A DNA stretch of 64,000 bases from Archangium sp. (GTDB taxonomy: Bacteria; Myxococcota; Myxococcia; Myxococcales; Myxococcaceae), in the NCBI GenBank assembly GCA_031367385.1, contig JANLPS010000027.1, forward strand, positions 31,650 through 95,649, read 5' to 3'. Positions 37,800 through 47,446 of the stretch are shown piece after piece (position 1 is the stretch's first letter; every line of letters begins with the position of its first letter). Below the pieces are notes generated by a model. That model was given only the letters and a program-made list of their open reading frames with translations, searched no databases and had not been told where the DNA came from. Made by a program: the position numbers and the translations under genes.

Positions 37800-38543
37800 G
37801 TGCGTGCGTTGTGCGTCATCTCGTTGATCAGCTCCGCGGCGTGGGCGCAGGCCCTGACGCCTTCGCCCTCGATGACCGGCGACGATGGCTGCCCCGAGGG
37901 CTTCACCGCGCTCCCCGGAGAAGCGTGTTTGGCGCTCCCAACCACCAGCAATGAGCGGGTCATCGTCTACTTTCACGGCATGTTGACCTCGCCCTGGGCC
38001 ACCAAGTCGCGTTGGGAGCTCGGCCAGCTGGCGCGCGCGGCGACTCCGAAGGGGTACGCGGTGCTGGCGTTGCGCGGCCTCAAAGGGCTCTGCGACTGGA
38101 GCGACGAGGCTCGCCAGAATTTCTGCTGGCCCAATGGCCTTCGCCAACAAGCGCAGATTCAGCCGATCATCGACCGGCTCCGCGAGGCCCTCGCTGACGC
38201 CTCGAAGCGCGCGCGCATCGCCTTCAAGCCGCCCTGTGTGGTGGGGTTCTCGAACGGCGGGTTTCTGGTCTCGCTCATCGCCAGCGACACCCGCTTCGCT
38301 GTCACCGCGTACGCCATCGCGCACGGCGGCCCGGTGATTGGGCAGGGGTTTCCTCCCTGGAGGCGCAGGCCGATGTTGCTGGTCACCGCCAACGGCGATG
38401 CCGCCCACTTTCCTCGCATGAAGTTGCTCGCGCAGATGCTCGGAGAAGACCGGTGGGACTCGACGTTCACCGTGCGCGAGGGCGTTCACGAAATGACCGT
38501 CGACGACATGAAGGCCATCGTCGACTTCTTCGACAAGGTGTAG
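37800..38543 (+). CDS. Exported alpha/beta hydrolase (esterase)
   Basis: Signal AWA; YFHG, GFSNGG nucleophile elbow, GD and GVH. Confidence 0.8.
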   Translation: MRALCVISLISSAAWAQALTPSPSMTGDDGCPEGFTALPGEACLALPTTSNERVIVYFHGMLTSPWATKSRWELGQLARAATPKGYAVLALRGLKGLCDWSDEARQNFCWPNGLRQQAQIQPIIDRLREALADASKRARIAFKPPCVVGFSNGGFLVSLIASDTRFAVTAYAIAHGGPVIGQGFPPWRRRPMLLVTANGDAAHFPRMKLLAQMLGEDRWDSTFTVREGVHEMTVDDMKAIVDFFDKV

Positions 38544-38552
38544 GCACCCACC

Positions 38553-39578
38553 GTGCACGTCATCGCCGACACCTGGTTCATCGCGTGCGAGAGCAGGGCG
38601 CTGCGAGCCTCGCCCCTCGCGGTGAGCATACAAGGCCGGGCCTTGGTGCTCTTTCGGGCCGCCAACGCGGTCGCCACTGCGTTGAGCGATCGCTGCCCCC
38701 ACCGCAATGTGCCGCTCTCGATGGGCACGGTGCGCGAGGGCGAATTGCAGTGCGCCTACCATGGCTGGCGCTTCGACGCGGCCGGGGCCTGTGTCGCCGT
38801 GCCCGGGTTGGTCGATGGCACGGTCTCGCTCAAGAGCCGCTGCGCCGAGACCTGGGCGACCCACGAGCGCGACGGCTTCGTCTGGGTCTATTCGACGCCG
38901 AGCGTGGTGCCCATGACCGAGCCCTACGCGCTGCCGCACGCCGCCGACCCGAAGTACTCGACGGTGAGACGCCGCTATGAGGTCAAGGCCTCGGTGCACG
39001 CGGTGGTCGAGAACACGCTCGACGTGCCGCACACCGCGTTTCTGCACGGGGGCCTCTTTCGCACCGCCGAGAAGAAGAACGTCATCGACGTGGTGGTGCG
39101 CCGTCACCCGACCTTCGCCGAAGCCGAGTTCATCGGTGAGCCTCGGCCCACCGGGTTGATTGGCAAGCTGCTCGCGCCCGGCGGCGGAGTCGTCGAGCAC
39201 ACCGACCGCTTCTTGCTGCCGTCGATCGCCCAGGTCGAGTATCGGCTCGGGCAAGGCAGCCATTTGATCTCGACCTCGGTGCTGACGCCGGTGTCTGACG
39301 AGCTCACCGTGGTCTTCGCGGTCGTCACCTTTCGGCTGCCGTTGCCGGGCTGGTTGGTGAAGCCCTTCGTGATGCCGGTCGCGCAGCGCATCTTCGCGCA
39401 AGACTCGGTGGTGCTGGCCCGTCAGACCGCGCAGCTCGCGGCGTTCGGCGGCGAAAAATTCACCTCGACCGAGCTCGACGTGCTGGGCCCGTACGTCGCC
39501 AAGCTGCTCAAGCAGGCGGCGGCCAAAGAGGCTCCGCCCGAGGGCGTTCACGAGCACCGGCTCAAGATGAAAGTGTAG
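38553..39578 (+). CDS. Rieske non-heme iron oxygenase alpha subunit (VanA-like)
   Basis: CPHR...CAYHGW Rieske motif; ENTLDVPHTAFLH iron-binding motif. Confidence 0.92.
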   Translation: MHVIADTWFIACESRALRASPLAVSIQGRALVLFRAANAVATALSDRCPHRNVPLSMGTVREGELQCAYHGWRFDAAGACVAVPGLVDGTVSLKSRCAETWATHERDGFVWVYSTPSVVPMTEPYALPHAADPKYSTVRRRYEVKASVHAVVENTLDVPHTAFLHGGLFRTAEKKNVIDVVVRRHPTFAEAEFIGEPRPTGLIGKLLAPGGGVVEHTDRFLLPSIAQVEYRLGQGSHLISTSVLTPVSDELTVVFAVVTFRLPLPGWLVKPFVMPVAQRIFAQDSVVLARQTAQLAAFGGEKFTSTELDVLGPYVAKLLKQAAAKEAPPEGVHEHRLKMKV

Positions 39579-39579
39579 G

Positions 39580-40428
39580 GTGCCGCTCATGTACGCGCTG
39601 ATGTTGATGGCTCTGTCGGCGACGGCCCCGTTGAAGGTGGGCACGACGCTGCACCCGTATTTTTCGTGGGCCTCGATGGTCGCGACCTCGTTGCCGATTG
39701 AAGTGCGCGCGGTGCTGCCCCCAGACGTCGACGTCGGCAGCTATCAGCCGCGGCCGCAAGACGTCGCCAAGCTCAAAGATCTCGACGCGCTGATCATCAA
39801 CGGCATCGGGCACGACGACTTCATTCTCGAGATGCTCAAGGCCTCGGGCAACGCGAAGTGCGTGGTGATTCGCCCGAATGAGGTCACGCCGCTGCTGAAA
39901 AACCGGCGCGGTGACGCGGCCAACTCGCACACCTTCTTGTCGTTCTCGAACGCGATTCAGCAGACGTACGTCATCGCGCGAACGTTGGGCGCCCTGCGGC
40001 CCGAGCTGAGCCTCAAATTGCAAGAGAACGCGATGGCCTACGCGAAGCGCCTGCGCACCCTGCGCTCGGCCGCGATGCAGCGGCTGCTGCGTGCGAAAGA
40101 AGCCCGGGTCATCACCGTGCACGACGGCTACGCGTATTTGCTTCAAGAGCTCGGCATCGAGCTGGTCGCGGTGATTGAGCCGGCGCACGGGCTGCTGCCT
40201 TCGGCGGGCGAGCTGAGTGCGCTGGTCAAGCAGCTCCAACGCGAGCGGGTCACTGTGGTGCTGGCCGAAGAGGCATTTCCTCCTGGGCTGGCCGAGGTGC
40301 TGGCGCAGGCGGGGGCGAAGGTGACGCAAGTGACCCACATCTCGTCGGGCCCGTTCACCGCAGAGCGCTTCGAGCGCGAAATGCAAAGCAATGTCGACGC
40401 GTTGGCGTCGGCGCTTGGCGCTCCGTGA
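39580..40428 (+). CDS. Zn/Mn ABC transporter substrate-binding protein (ZnuA-like)
   Basis: YQPRPQDV, NGIGHDDF, NSHTFLS, HDGYAY, EPAHG. Confidence 0.88.
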   Translation: MPLMYALMLMALSATAPLKVGTTLHPYFSWASMVATSLPIEVRAVLPPDVDVGSYQPRPQDVAKLKDLDALIINGIGHDDFILEMLKASGNAKCVVIRPNEVTPLLKNRRGDAANSHTFLSFSNAIQQTYVIARTLGALRPELSLKLQENAMAYAKRLRTLRSAAMQRLLRAKEARVITVHDGYAYLLQELGIELVAVIEPAHGLLPSAGELSALVKQLQRERVTVVLAEEAFPPGLAEVLAQAGAKVTQVTHISSGPFTAERFEREMQSNVDALASALGAP

Positions 40429-41042
40429 TGGGTGAGGCGGCGTTGGTGGTCGACCAGCTGACCGTGCCCGGGCGACTGACGGGCGTTTCGTTCACCGTGC
40501 GCACCGGCACGCTGCACGCGCTGCTCGGGCCCAATGGGTCGGGCAAGAGCACGGTGCTCAATTGCGTGCTGGGCCTCGAGGCGCATTCGGGCACGGTGAC
40601 GCTCGCGGCGACTCGGCTCGCCGTGGTGCCCCAGCGGTTCACCCACGACGGCGCGATGGCGTTGACGGTGCGTGATTTTCTGGCGCTGACGAGAACGCGG
40701 CGACCCGTGGCGCTGGGCCTGTCGAAGGCGACGAGAGTGCGAGTCGATCAGCTGCTCGAGAGCGCGAACGCGTTGGCGTTGGGCTCGAAGCAGATTCACG
40801 AATTGTCGGGCGGGGAGCTGCGCCGAGTGCTGCTCATCAACGCGCTCGACCCGTTGCCTGAGCTGCTGCTCCTCGATGAGCCCGAGTCGGGCCTCGACGC
40901 TGATTCGCTGGAGTGGCTCGAACGCACTGTCACCTCGCTCAAAGCGCAGCGGGTCACGATGCTGTTGATCAGCCACGACGAAGCGCGTGTTTCGAGGTTG
41001 GCCGATGACGTCACCCGGCTGCTCGGAGGCCGCCGTGTCTGA
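40425..41042 (+). CDS. Zn/Mn ABC transporter ATP-binding protein
   Basis: GPNGSGKST, LSGGE, LLLDEP, SHD. Confidence 0.9.
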   Translation: MMGEAALVVDQLTVPGRLTGVSFTVRTGTLHALLGPNGSGKSTVLNCVLGLEAHSGTVTLAATRLAVVPQRFTHDGAMALTVRDFLALTRTRRPVALGLSKATRVRVDQLLESANALALGSKQIHELSGGELRRVLLINALDPLPELLLLDEPESGLDADSLEWLERTVTSLKAQRVTMLLISHDEARVSRLADDVTRLLGGRRV

Positions 41043-41853
41043 GTCGCTTTGGGAATGGCCCTTCGTGCAGCGGGCGCTGCTGGCGGTGGTGCTGGCGGCT
41101 CCGTTGTTGGGCGGGTTGTCGCCGTTGGTGGTCGGGCGGCGGCTGGCGTTCTTGAGCGCTGCCCTCGGCCAGGCGGTGCTGACCGGCGTCTCGCTCGGCG
41201 TGCTGCTGGGCGAGCCGCTCGATGCGCCGTGGGGCAGCGTGTTCGGGTTCTCGCTGCTCGTGGGCGTGGGGCTCGTCTTCGTGCGCCGGCGTTCGCGGCT
41301 CTCACCCGACACGTTGATTGGCGTGCTGCTCGCGCTGACCCTGGGTCTGGGTGTGTGCTTGCTGGTCGCGGTGACCAAGCGCTTCAATGTGCACCAGCTC
41401 GAGGCGGTGATGTTCGGGAGCGTCTTGACCGTTTCGACGGCCGACCTGGTGCTGCTCGCCGCGGTCATGGTGGCGGTGCTCGGCGTGATCGGCTTGAAAT
41501 TCAACGACCTGGTGCTCGAGGGCCTCGACCCTTCGCTCTCGGCGGCACGTGGGTTGCGAGGGGCGGCGCTCGAGTACCTTTTCGTTTCGTTGCTCGTCGC
41601 GAGCATCGTGGTCTCGGTCAAGGTGATGGGCGCGTTGATGGTCGAGGCGATGCTGGTGGTGCCCGCGGCGGCTGGCCGCCTGGTCGCGCGCAGTGCTCGC
41701 GGGCTCGCCGTCTGGAGCATCGCGGTCGCGTTGATCAGCAGCGTCGGCGGCGTGCTCGTCTCGACGCAGCTCAACGTGCCCTCAGGCGCCGCCATCGTGC
41801 TCATGCTGAGCGCCGTGTTCGCCGCCTTGCTCATCACGCGTCGCAGGGCCTAG
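41035..41853 (+). CDS. Zn/Mn ABC transporter permease (ABC-3)
   Basis: FVQRALLA, DTLIG, MFGSVL, PSGAAIV; multiple TM helices. Confidence 0.9.
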   Translation: MSESLWEWPFVQRALLAVVLAAPLLGGLSPLVVGRRLAFLSAALGQAVLTGVSLGVLLGEPLDAPWGSVFGFSLLVGVGLVFVRRRSRLSPDTLIGVLLALTLGLGVCLLVAVTKRFNVHQLEAVMFGSVLTVSTADLVLLAAVMVAVLGVIGLKFNDLVLEGLDPSLSAARGLRGAALEYLFVSLLVASIVVSVKVMGALMVEAMLVVPAAAGRLVARSARGLAVWSIAVALISSVGGVLVSTQLNVPSGAAIVLMLSAVFAALLITRRRA

Positions 41854-42126
41854 CGGCTTTGCCGCAATCGGAGGTCGCCGGGCGCCGATGAAACCTCCCC
41901 TCGTATCGACTGCCCTGAACGTCATGTGGCCCGCGGCGATTGCTGCAGGCCGCCGCGAGGCCGAGGGGCGGCTCAGAGCGCTCCACGCCCGTTGCCCAAG
42001 CCGACGCGCAGCGAGCCGCTTTCTCCGAAGGGACGCTGTCAGGGGGCGCCGGAGGTGCGGGGAGCTCGTAAATGGCGAACCCGGGCAGGCTGAGTCAATG
42101 CATGCGTTTCATTTTTGTAACCTTGC

Positions 42127-42637
42127 TCAAGGTCCGAATCACACGCGCGCGCACCCTCTGAAAAACAGATGAGCGGTGGGCGCCAATCAGAACTGTGAAA
42201 CCTGAGCGTGGCCGGATTCACTCCGTGCTCTGCGGAGCCCAGGGCCCCTCGCCCGGGTTGGGCGGCTGAACCGAAATGACCGGGCACCCCGCCGCGCCCG
42301 TCACGCACCGGAAATCGCCAACCCACACACTGTGGCCCCTGACCCGGCATCGACCAACAGGCGGCCGTGCATTATCAAGCTGCTGCGAGGTACCCAAGGC
42401 GTCGGAGTGATGATCGCCAACACCCTCGCAGAGGCCAAGACCTTCGTTCAGACCTTCACCGAGTTCGGCCAAGACGTGTGCTTGCAAGAATTTATCGTCG
42501 AGTCGAAGGGCCGCGACGTGCGGGCCCTGGTCGTCGGTGACAAGGTGGTCGGAGCAATGCGCCGCACCGCGAAAGAAGGCGAATTTCGGTCGAACATTCA
42601 CCGCGGGGGCGAGGGCCAGAGCGTGACCCTCGACGAG
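42127..42637 (+). pseudogene. Deletion-collapsed duplicate of 45199-47239, containing an internal rimK fragment
   Basis: 42127-42249 matches 45199-45320; 42250-42359 matches 46276-46386; 42364-42637 matches 46966-47239; blocks are collinear. Confidence 0.92.
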
Positions 42638-42725
42638 TTCTCATCGCGGTCCGCCACCGCCGGTCGTGCACTCACGTGCGCGGTCAACGACAGGGGATGT
42701 CAGGGGTGGGTAGTAGAGCCGCTGC

Positions 42726-43340
42726 GTGGTTGGCGTGGAGGAGGGCCGGCGGCGGGCGCCGGAGAACTCGGTGCTGTTGGAGGCCTTTCGGCGGGGCTGG
42801 GCCTCCGTGTCTGGGTGCGTGCCAACGCGAGTGAAGGCCGAGGCACTGCGGTACCTCGACTGCGGGCAACTCCGCTTCGGCTTTGTTGAAGTGACGTGTG
42901 AGAGCTGCAGTGAGTCGAGGGTGGTGCCCGTCGTGCAAGGCGCGACGAGCGGCGGAGACGGGGCTGCACTTGGCGACTGTCTTGCCGCGCGTCACCCATC
43001 GGCAGTGGACGCTGAGTCTGCCTTTTCGCGTACGGCTGGCCGTCGTGAAGCAACCACGACTGCTCAAGTGTCTTGAGCGGCGGTTACTCAAGGCCATCTG
43101 GCGTTGGCAGCGCCAGATGGCCAAGCGTGCCGGGCATGGGGCAGGCTTCACTCTCGGGGCTGGCGTCTGCTTTACGCAGTGGTTTGGGAGTCGCCTTCAG
43201 TTGACGCCGCATCTGCATGTCTTGGTGCCCGAGGCGCTGTGGGCCCAGGCGGGTGAGTGCGTCGAACTTTCGGCCCCGCGAGACGACGACGTGGCCAGAA
43301 TTCTGCACCGCACGCTGCGCCAGGCGAAAGCCGATTGGGG
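42726..43340 (+). pseudogene. ISCR/IS91-family transposase remnant, N-terminal half (Zn finger plus HUH), frameshifted and truncated
   Basis: RRRAPENSVL, YLDCGQLRFGF, CESC; then in another frame GWCPSC, RQWTLSLPF, QWFGSRLQLTPHLHVL. Confidence 0.9.
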
Positions 43341-43402
43341 CGCTTTGGCGCCCATCGCGGCGTGTGGTTTGTCTCATTCTCAACATTCGAGAGAGCGATT
43401 TT

Positions 43403-43435
43403 ACACGCAACTGGTTCACGTCAGTGTCGACAACT
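43403..43435 (+). promoter_or_regulatory. Bipartite motif ACACGCAACT-N14-TCGACAACT
   Basis: Matches 4491-4523 at 18 of 19 motif positions, with an unrelated spacer of identical length. Confidence 0.55.
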
Positions 43436-43466
43436 CATTACACCTTCCCATCGCAAAGGAATTCAC

Positions 43467-43934
43467 ATGGCCGGCACCATTGACCGCATCGCTACCGCAA
43501 CCAAGAACTTCATCAGCGCCGAAGGACGCGCCGAACGACAGCAAAAAAGTGGGGCACAAGACATAAAGGAGGCGTTCGCAACCATCGGGTCTGCCTCGGT
43601 TCTTGAGGGAATCCCGACGAGTCGGCGAACCGCCATGGTGCTCCAGCCGAAGGACGCCAAGAGCGCTCCAGCAGGGTGTCTCGACACCGACGTGAGCGTG
43701 CAGACCTCGGCTCGCTTCGACTACAAGGTGTCGAACGGCGAAAAGCGACCCCACCTTCAGTTCGAATACACCTGTCGCACGCCCGACGCATTCCGCTACA
43801 CGACTGCGATTCAGTACACCGAGAAGCAGACGCTTGATTTGCTGACCCGTGCCCCTGAAGTGGAGGAGGTCGTCGCGAAGGCGCTCGACGCAGCCACTGC
43901 AGACCTTGCCGCCTACGGGAAAAAGATCGACTAA
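43467..43934 (+). CDS. Hypothetical 155-aa protein, the only intact gene in the decayed island
   Basis: AAAGGA RBS, start MAGTIDRIATATKNF; no signal peptide. Confidence 0.7.
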   Translation: MAGTIDRIATATKNFISAEGRAERQQKSGAQDIKEAFATIGSASVLEGIPTSRRTAMVLQPKDAKSAPAGCLDTDVSVQTSARFDYKVSNGEKRPHLQFEYTCRTPDAFRYTTAIQYTEKQTLDLLTRAPEVEEVVAKALDAATADLAAYGKKID

Positions 43935-44190
43935 CTGCGGCTCGGCCGCAACGGCATCGGGTCGGGCGCTCCACGTGCCCGCCTTGACCAACCGCTCATA
44001 CAACCCACCTCGGGCCATCAGCTCGTCGCGCGCGCCCTCCTCGACGACCGCTCCGGCCTCCATCGCCGACCCGCAGGCTCTCAACGCGCGCTGCCCGAGA
44101 GGGGCACCGGCTCTTGCGACACCAACGCGACCTGCGCGCGCACCGACCGCCTCGACACCTCACTCAAGGGCGCCCCGTTCCTGTCGGCAC
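43931..44190 (-). pseudogene. Fragments of an ABC exporter ATPase (MsbA-like)
   Basis: RRSVRAQVALVSQEPV in one frame and GAVVEEGARDELMARGGLYERL in another; most of the domain is deleted. Boundaries approximate. Confidence 0.7.
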
Positions 44191-44900
44191 ACATCGAGGT
44201 CACCGGCGTCGACGTGACCCGAGTTGCGACGTTCTTCAAGCGAGAGCGGCAAGTCACCGCGAAGCTCGAAGCACTCCTCGGCGTGAGCGGTACCGCCGAC
44301 AAGCCGCACGTGACCATCGTCGTCGACTCGCCCGAGGTCACTGCGCAGCTCGGTCAGCAAGCGGCCCCGCTGGTGATGACCAAGGTGTCACTCGAGGTGC
44401 TGACCCGCGACAGCGGAGACATCGCCGCGAAGGTGACCGCAACAAGCTTCGGTGGGTCTGCCAGGGTCGAGCTCGACACGCCGTTGACCATCAACGGGCT
44501 GCGCGAGCAGCTCCCAACCGCGGCCAGCCTGAAGACGCTCCCGCTCACCGCCGACGCTGAAGTCGCTGGAGTATCGATTGAGCAGCTGCGTGACTCGGGG
44601 TTGCGGGCCGTCAATACCTCTGCTGAGGGTTCGCTGGGCCTGCGCGGCCACCTCACTGGCACGGTCAAAGACCCCGAGGGCCCGCTGACCGTGACGGCGA
44701 CAAAAGTCGTCTACCCGCCCCTGACGGCCGCCGAAGCGTCGGCCACGGTGACCGTGGGCGCCAAGAAGGTTGAGCTCGTCGCGATGATCACCGAGAAGGC
44801 CGCGCCGCTGCTCAAAGTCGACGGGGCGATCGACGCGACCCTGGCCCATCTCCAGCACACCGACGCGCTCGGGCACGAGGCGGTGAAGGCTCAGGCTGGC
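44190..44900 (+). pseudogene. Internal fragment of a TamB/AsmA-like beta-strand-repeat protein
   Basis: Amphipathic beta-strand repeats (LGVSGTADKPHV, GHLTGTVKDPEG); no start signal or proper C-terminus. Boundaries approximate. Confidence 0.55.
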
Positions 44901-44932
44901 TCGCTTTGGCACGTGACCGCGAGAGCGCATGT

Positions 44933-45196
44933 TTAGAGCGACCTGGCGATGAGCTTTTTCATCACTTCGTTGGCACCTCCGTAGATGCGCTCAATCGGGC
45001 TTCTGCGTACATCTGCGCGATGGGGTACTCGCGCGTGTAGCCATACCCGCCAAAGAGCTGAAGACAGTCGTCGATGACCTTGCACTGCATGTCGGTCCTC
45101 CACAGCTTGGCCATCGAGGCTGTCACGTTGTCGAGCGACCCATCGATGATTGCCTCGATGCACCGGTCGAGAAAGGTGCGCGCGACAGCGGTGATG
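44933..45196 (-). pseudogene. C-terminal fragment of an acyl-CoA dehydrogenase, frameshifted
   Basis: TASMAKLW...VIDDCLQLFGGYGYTREYPIAQMY, then IYGGANEVMKKLIARSL in a shifted frame. Confidence 0.85.
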
Positions 45197-45198
45197 GT

Positions 45199-45320
45199 TC
45201 AAGGTCCGAATCACTGCGCGCGCACCCTCTGAAAAACAGATGAGCGGTGGGCGCCAATCAGAACTGTGAAACCTGAGCCTGGCCGGATTCACTCCGTGCT
45301 CTGCGGAGCCCAAGGCCCCT
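45199..45320 (+). repeat. About 122-bp direct repeat, partner of 42127-42249
   Basis: Near-identical by manual alignment. Confidence 0.9.
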
Positions 45321-45435
45321 GGGTTCAGTTGGGCGATGCAGATCATCGACGCGCGCGAGCCTTGTCGCCGTTGCTGCGACGAGAGGCCTAAAGATCGCCG
45401 GCAATGCCTTCGGGCGCCGATCGTCACGGGCGCCG

Positions 45436-45915
45436 ATGAAATGGCTGCTCGCCTCATCTGCACTGAACCTTGTTGCATTGGCTTGTGGGCCGTCGCACGA
45501 GCCGACTGGTGGCCCCCCGCTCGAGGGGAAATGGGGCTTCGTCGTTCGTTCGGCCACCGCGCAACGGCTCTCTGAGAAGACCATCGCAGTGCTGCTTTCA
45601 GAGAGCGCCGCGAGCACGTGTCTGAGTGACCCGAGCTTCTTCGAGCCGTACCGCTCCGCCGCGGTGCGGTTCACCGAGGGCGCGCCCGGCGGGCCGATGC
45701 CGGGGTCACTGCTGTATTTTCGAAATTTCGCCGAGGGCTATACGCAGGTCACCGAGATCGCCGAGACGGTCGGTGGAGCCGTCGTCGGGTTCGCATCTGA
45801 CTCAGGCGTCAGCGGTCGAATTGACGTCGTGTTGGGTCGCCTCGAAAGCCCTGGCCCCATCGAAGGCCCGTTCAGCGGGTCCTTCGAGGCGGCGTGGTGC
45901 CCGCTCAGCCGCTAA
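45436..45915 (+). CDS. Hypothetical lipoprotein
   Basis: Lipobox ALAC; C-terminal FSGSFEAAWC. Confidence 0.7.
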   Translation: MKWLLASSALNLVALACGPSHEPTGGPPLEGKWGFVVRSATAQRLSEKTIAVLLSESAASTCLSDPSFFEPYRSAAVRFTEGAPGGPMPGSLLYFRNFAEGYTQVTEIAETVGGAVVGFASDSGVSGRIDVVLGRLESPGPIEGPFSGSFEAAWCPLSR

Positions 45916-45922
45916 CGCACGC

Positions 45923-46459
45923 TCAAGGCAACGTCAGCGTCGCGGTGATGACCCCCGGCGTCCCCGCGTCTTCGGCCAAGATTTGCTCCACCAACTGCAG
46001 CTCCGCCGTCCCATGAAGGTGAGCACCATCCCATGAGAGGGCGAGGGTGCCGCCGCCGCGCCCTGCCGAGGTGTCGTCAAGCGAGTTGTGCACGTTCAAG
46101 AAGAACTCGCGGCGGTGCGACAACAGATCGTCAGGGTGAAACGTCACGAAGCCCGTCGCCCCGCTCACCAACGGCTCGAGGGGCCCCCGAGGCACGTCGA
46201 CCCCCACCCAGAGCAAGCCCAGCGTTGACTGAATCTGCCCCTGCTGAAGCATGACGTAGGCGACCCACCGGTCGTCGCCGGGGTTGGGCGGTTGAACCGA
46301 AATGACCGGGCACCCGGCCGCGCCGGTCACCGCGCCGGAAATCGCCAACCCACACACTGTGGGCCCTGACCCGGCATCGGCCAACACCCGCCGTTGGTCA
46401 GAGACAGGGCCCAGACACGCCGATACGCCCAGCATCACGAGAAGAACCAGAGGTCGCAC
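45923..46459 (-). CDS. Hypothetical lipoprotein
   Basis: Lipobox VSAC; two DAG motifs; beta-rich. Confidence 0.7.
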   Translation of the reverse strand: MRPLVLLVMLGVSACLGPVSDQRRVLADAGSGPTVCGLAISGAVTGAAGCPVISVQPPNPGDDRWVAYVMLQQGQIQSTLGLLWVGVDVPRGPLEPLVSGATGFVTFHPDDLLSHRREFFLNVHNSLDDTSAGRGGGTLALSWDGAHLHGTAELQLVEQILAEDAGTPGVITATLTLP

Positions 46460-46543
46460 ACGCGCAATGAGTCTCGCGGGCCTCGAATCGGCTCACACAC
46501 ACGCTGGTCGACACCCTCTCGCGCCTCGCGTACGACGAGCGCC

Positions 46544-47440
46544 ATGACGGTTCGCGCCCAGCGGCTGTGTATTTTGTCGCGCAAGCGCAGCCTCTATTCG
46601 ACCTCGCGGCTGGTCGAGGCGAGCAAGCGCGCCGGCGTCAGACCGGTGGTGCTCGACACCCTCAAATGCACCATGGTCGTGGGCCCCAAAGGCTCGAAGC
46701 TGCTCTATCGCGGCGCTGAGGTGCGCGACCTGGCCGTCGTCATTCCCCGAATCGGTACGTCGATTACCAGCTACGGCATGGCGGTCGTCAACCACCTCGA
46801 CGCCATGGGCGTGCCGGTGATCAATCGCGCTCCGGCCATCGCCCGCAGCCGCGACAAGGTGCGGTGTCTGCAGCTGCTCGCCGCCGCGCGAATCGACGTG
46901 CCACGCACCGTCATGGCCCACGACTCTCGCAGCATCAAGCGGCTGGTCGAAGAGGTCGGCGGGTTGCCGTGCATCATCAAGCTGCTGCGTGGCACCCAAG
47001 GCGTCGGCGTGATGATCGCCAACACCCTCGCAGAGGCCAAGACCATCGTTCAGACCTTCACCGAGCTCGGCCAAGACGTCTGTTTGCAAGAGTTCATCGT
47101 CGAATCGAAGGGCCGCGACGTGCGGGCCCTGGTCGTCGGTGACGAGGTGGTCGGAGCGATGCGCCGCACCGCGAAAGAAGGCGAATTTCGCTCGAACATT
47201 CACCGCGGGGGCGAAGGCCAGAGCGTGACCCTCGACGAGCACTACGTGAAGACCGCCGTCTCGGCCGCCAAGATCATCGGGCTCGAGATCTGCGGTGTCG
47301 ATATGCTCGAAGGCCGCGAAGGCCCCCGCGTGATGGAGCTCAACTCCAGCCCCGGCTTCGAGGGGCTCGAGCAGGCCACCAAGCAAGACATCGCCGGCGC
47401 GATGGTGGCGCATGCGCTCAAGCGTCGAGCGCAGGGCTGA
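46544..47440 (+). CDS. rimK: RimK-family ATP-grasp alpha-L-glutamate ligase
   Basis: LYSTSRL, IPRIG, GTQGVGV, QEFI, FRSNIHRGG, ELNSSPGFEG. Confidence 0.93.
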   Translation: MTVRAQRLCILSRKRSLYSTSRLVEASKRAGVRPVVLDTLKCTMVVGPKGSKLLYRGAEVRDLAVVIPRIGTSITSYGMAVVNHLDAMGVPVINRAPAIARSRDKVRCLQLLAAARIDVPRTVMAHDSRSIKRLVEEVGGLPCIIKLLRGTQGVGVMIANTLAEAKTIVQTFTELGQDVCLQEFIVESKGRDVRALVVGDEVVGAMRRTAKEGEFRSNIHRGGEGQSVTLDEHYVKTAVSAAKIIGLEICGVDMLEGREGPRVMELNSSPGFEGLEQATKQDIAGAMVAHALKRRAQG

Positions 47441-47446
47441 TTTCCT

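Noticed and set aside
37713..39644. 643-aa minus-strand ORF and similar long antisense ORFs (11965..14121, 40143..41837, 50440..52020, 52776..54695)
   Set aside because: They shadow well-supported genes on the opposite strand; expected in high-GC DNA; no family motifs.
42332..42889. Second rimK gene
   Set aside because: Only an internal fragment of about 91 codons fused to unrelated sequence; treated as part of the duplicated remnant.
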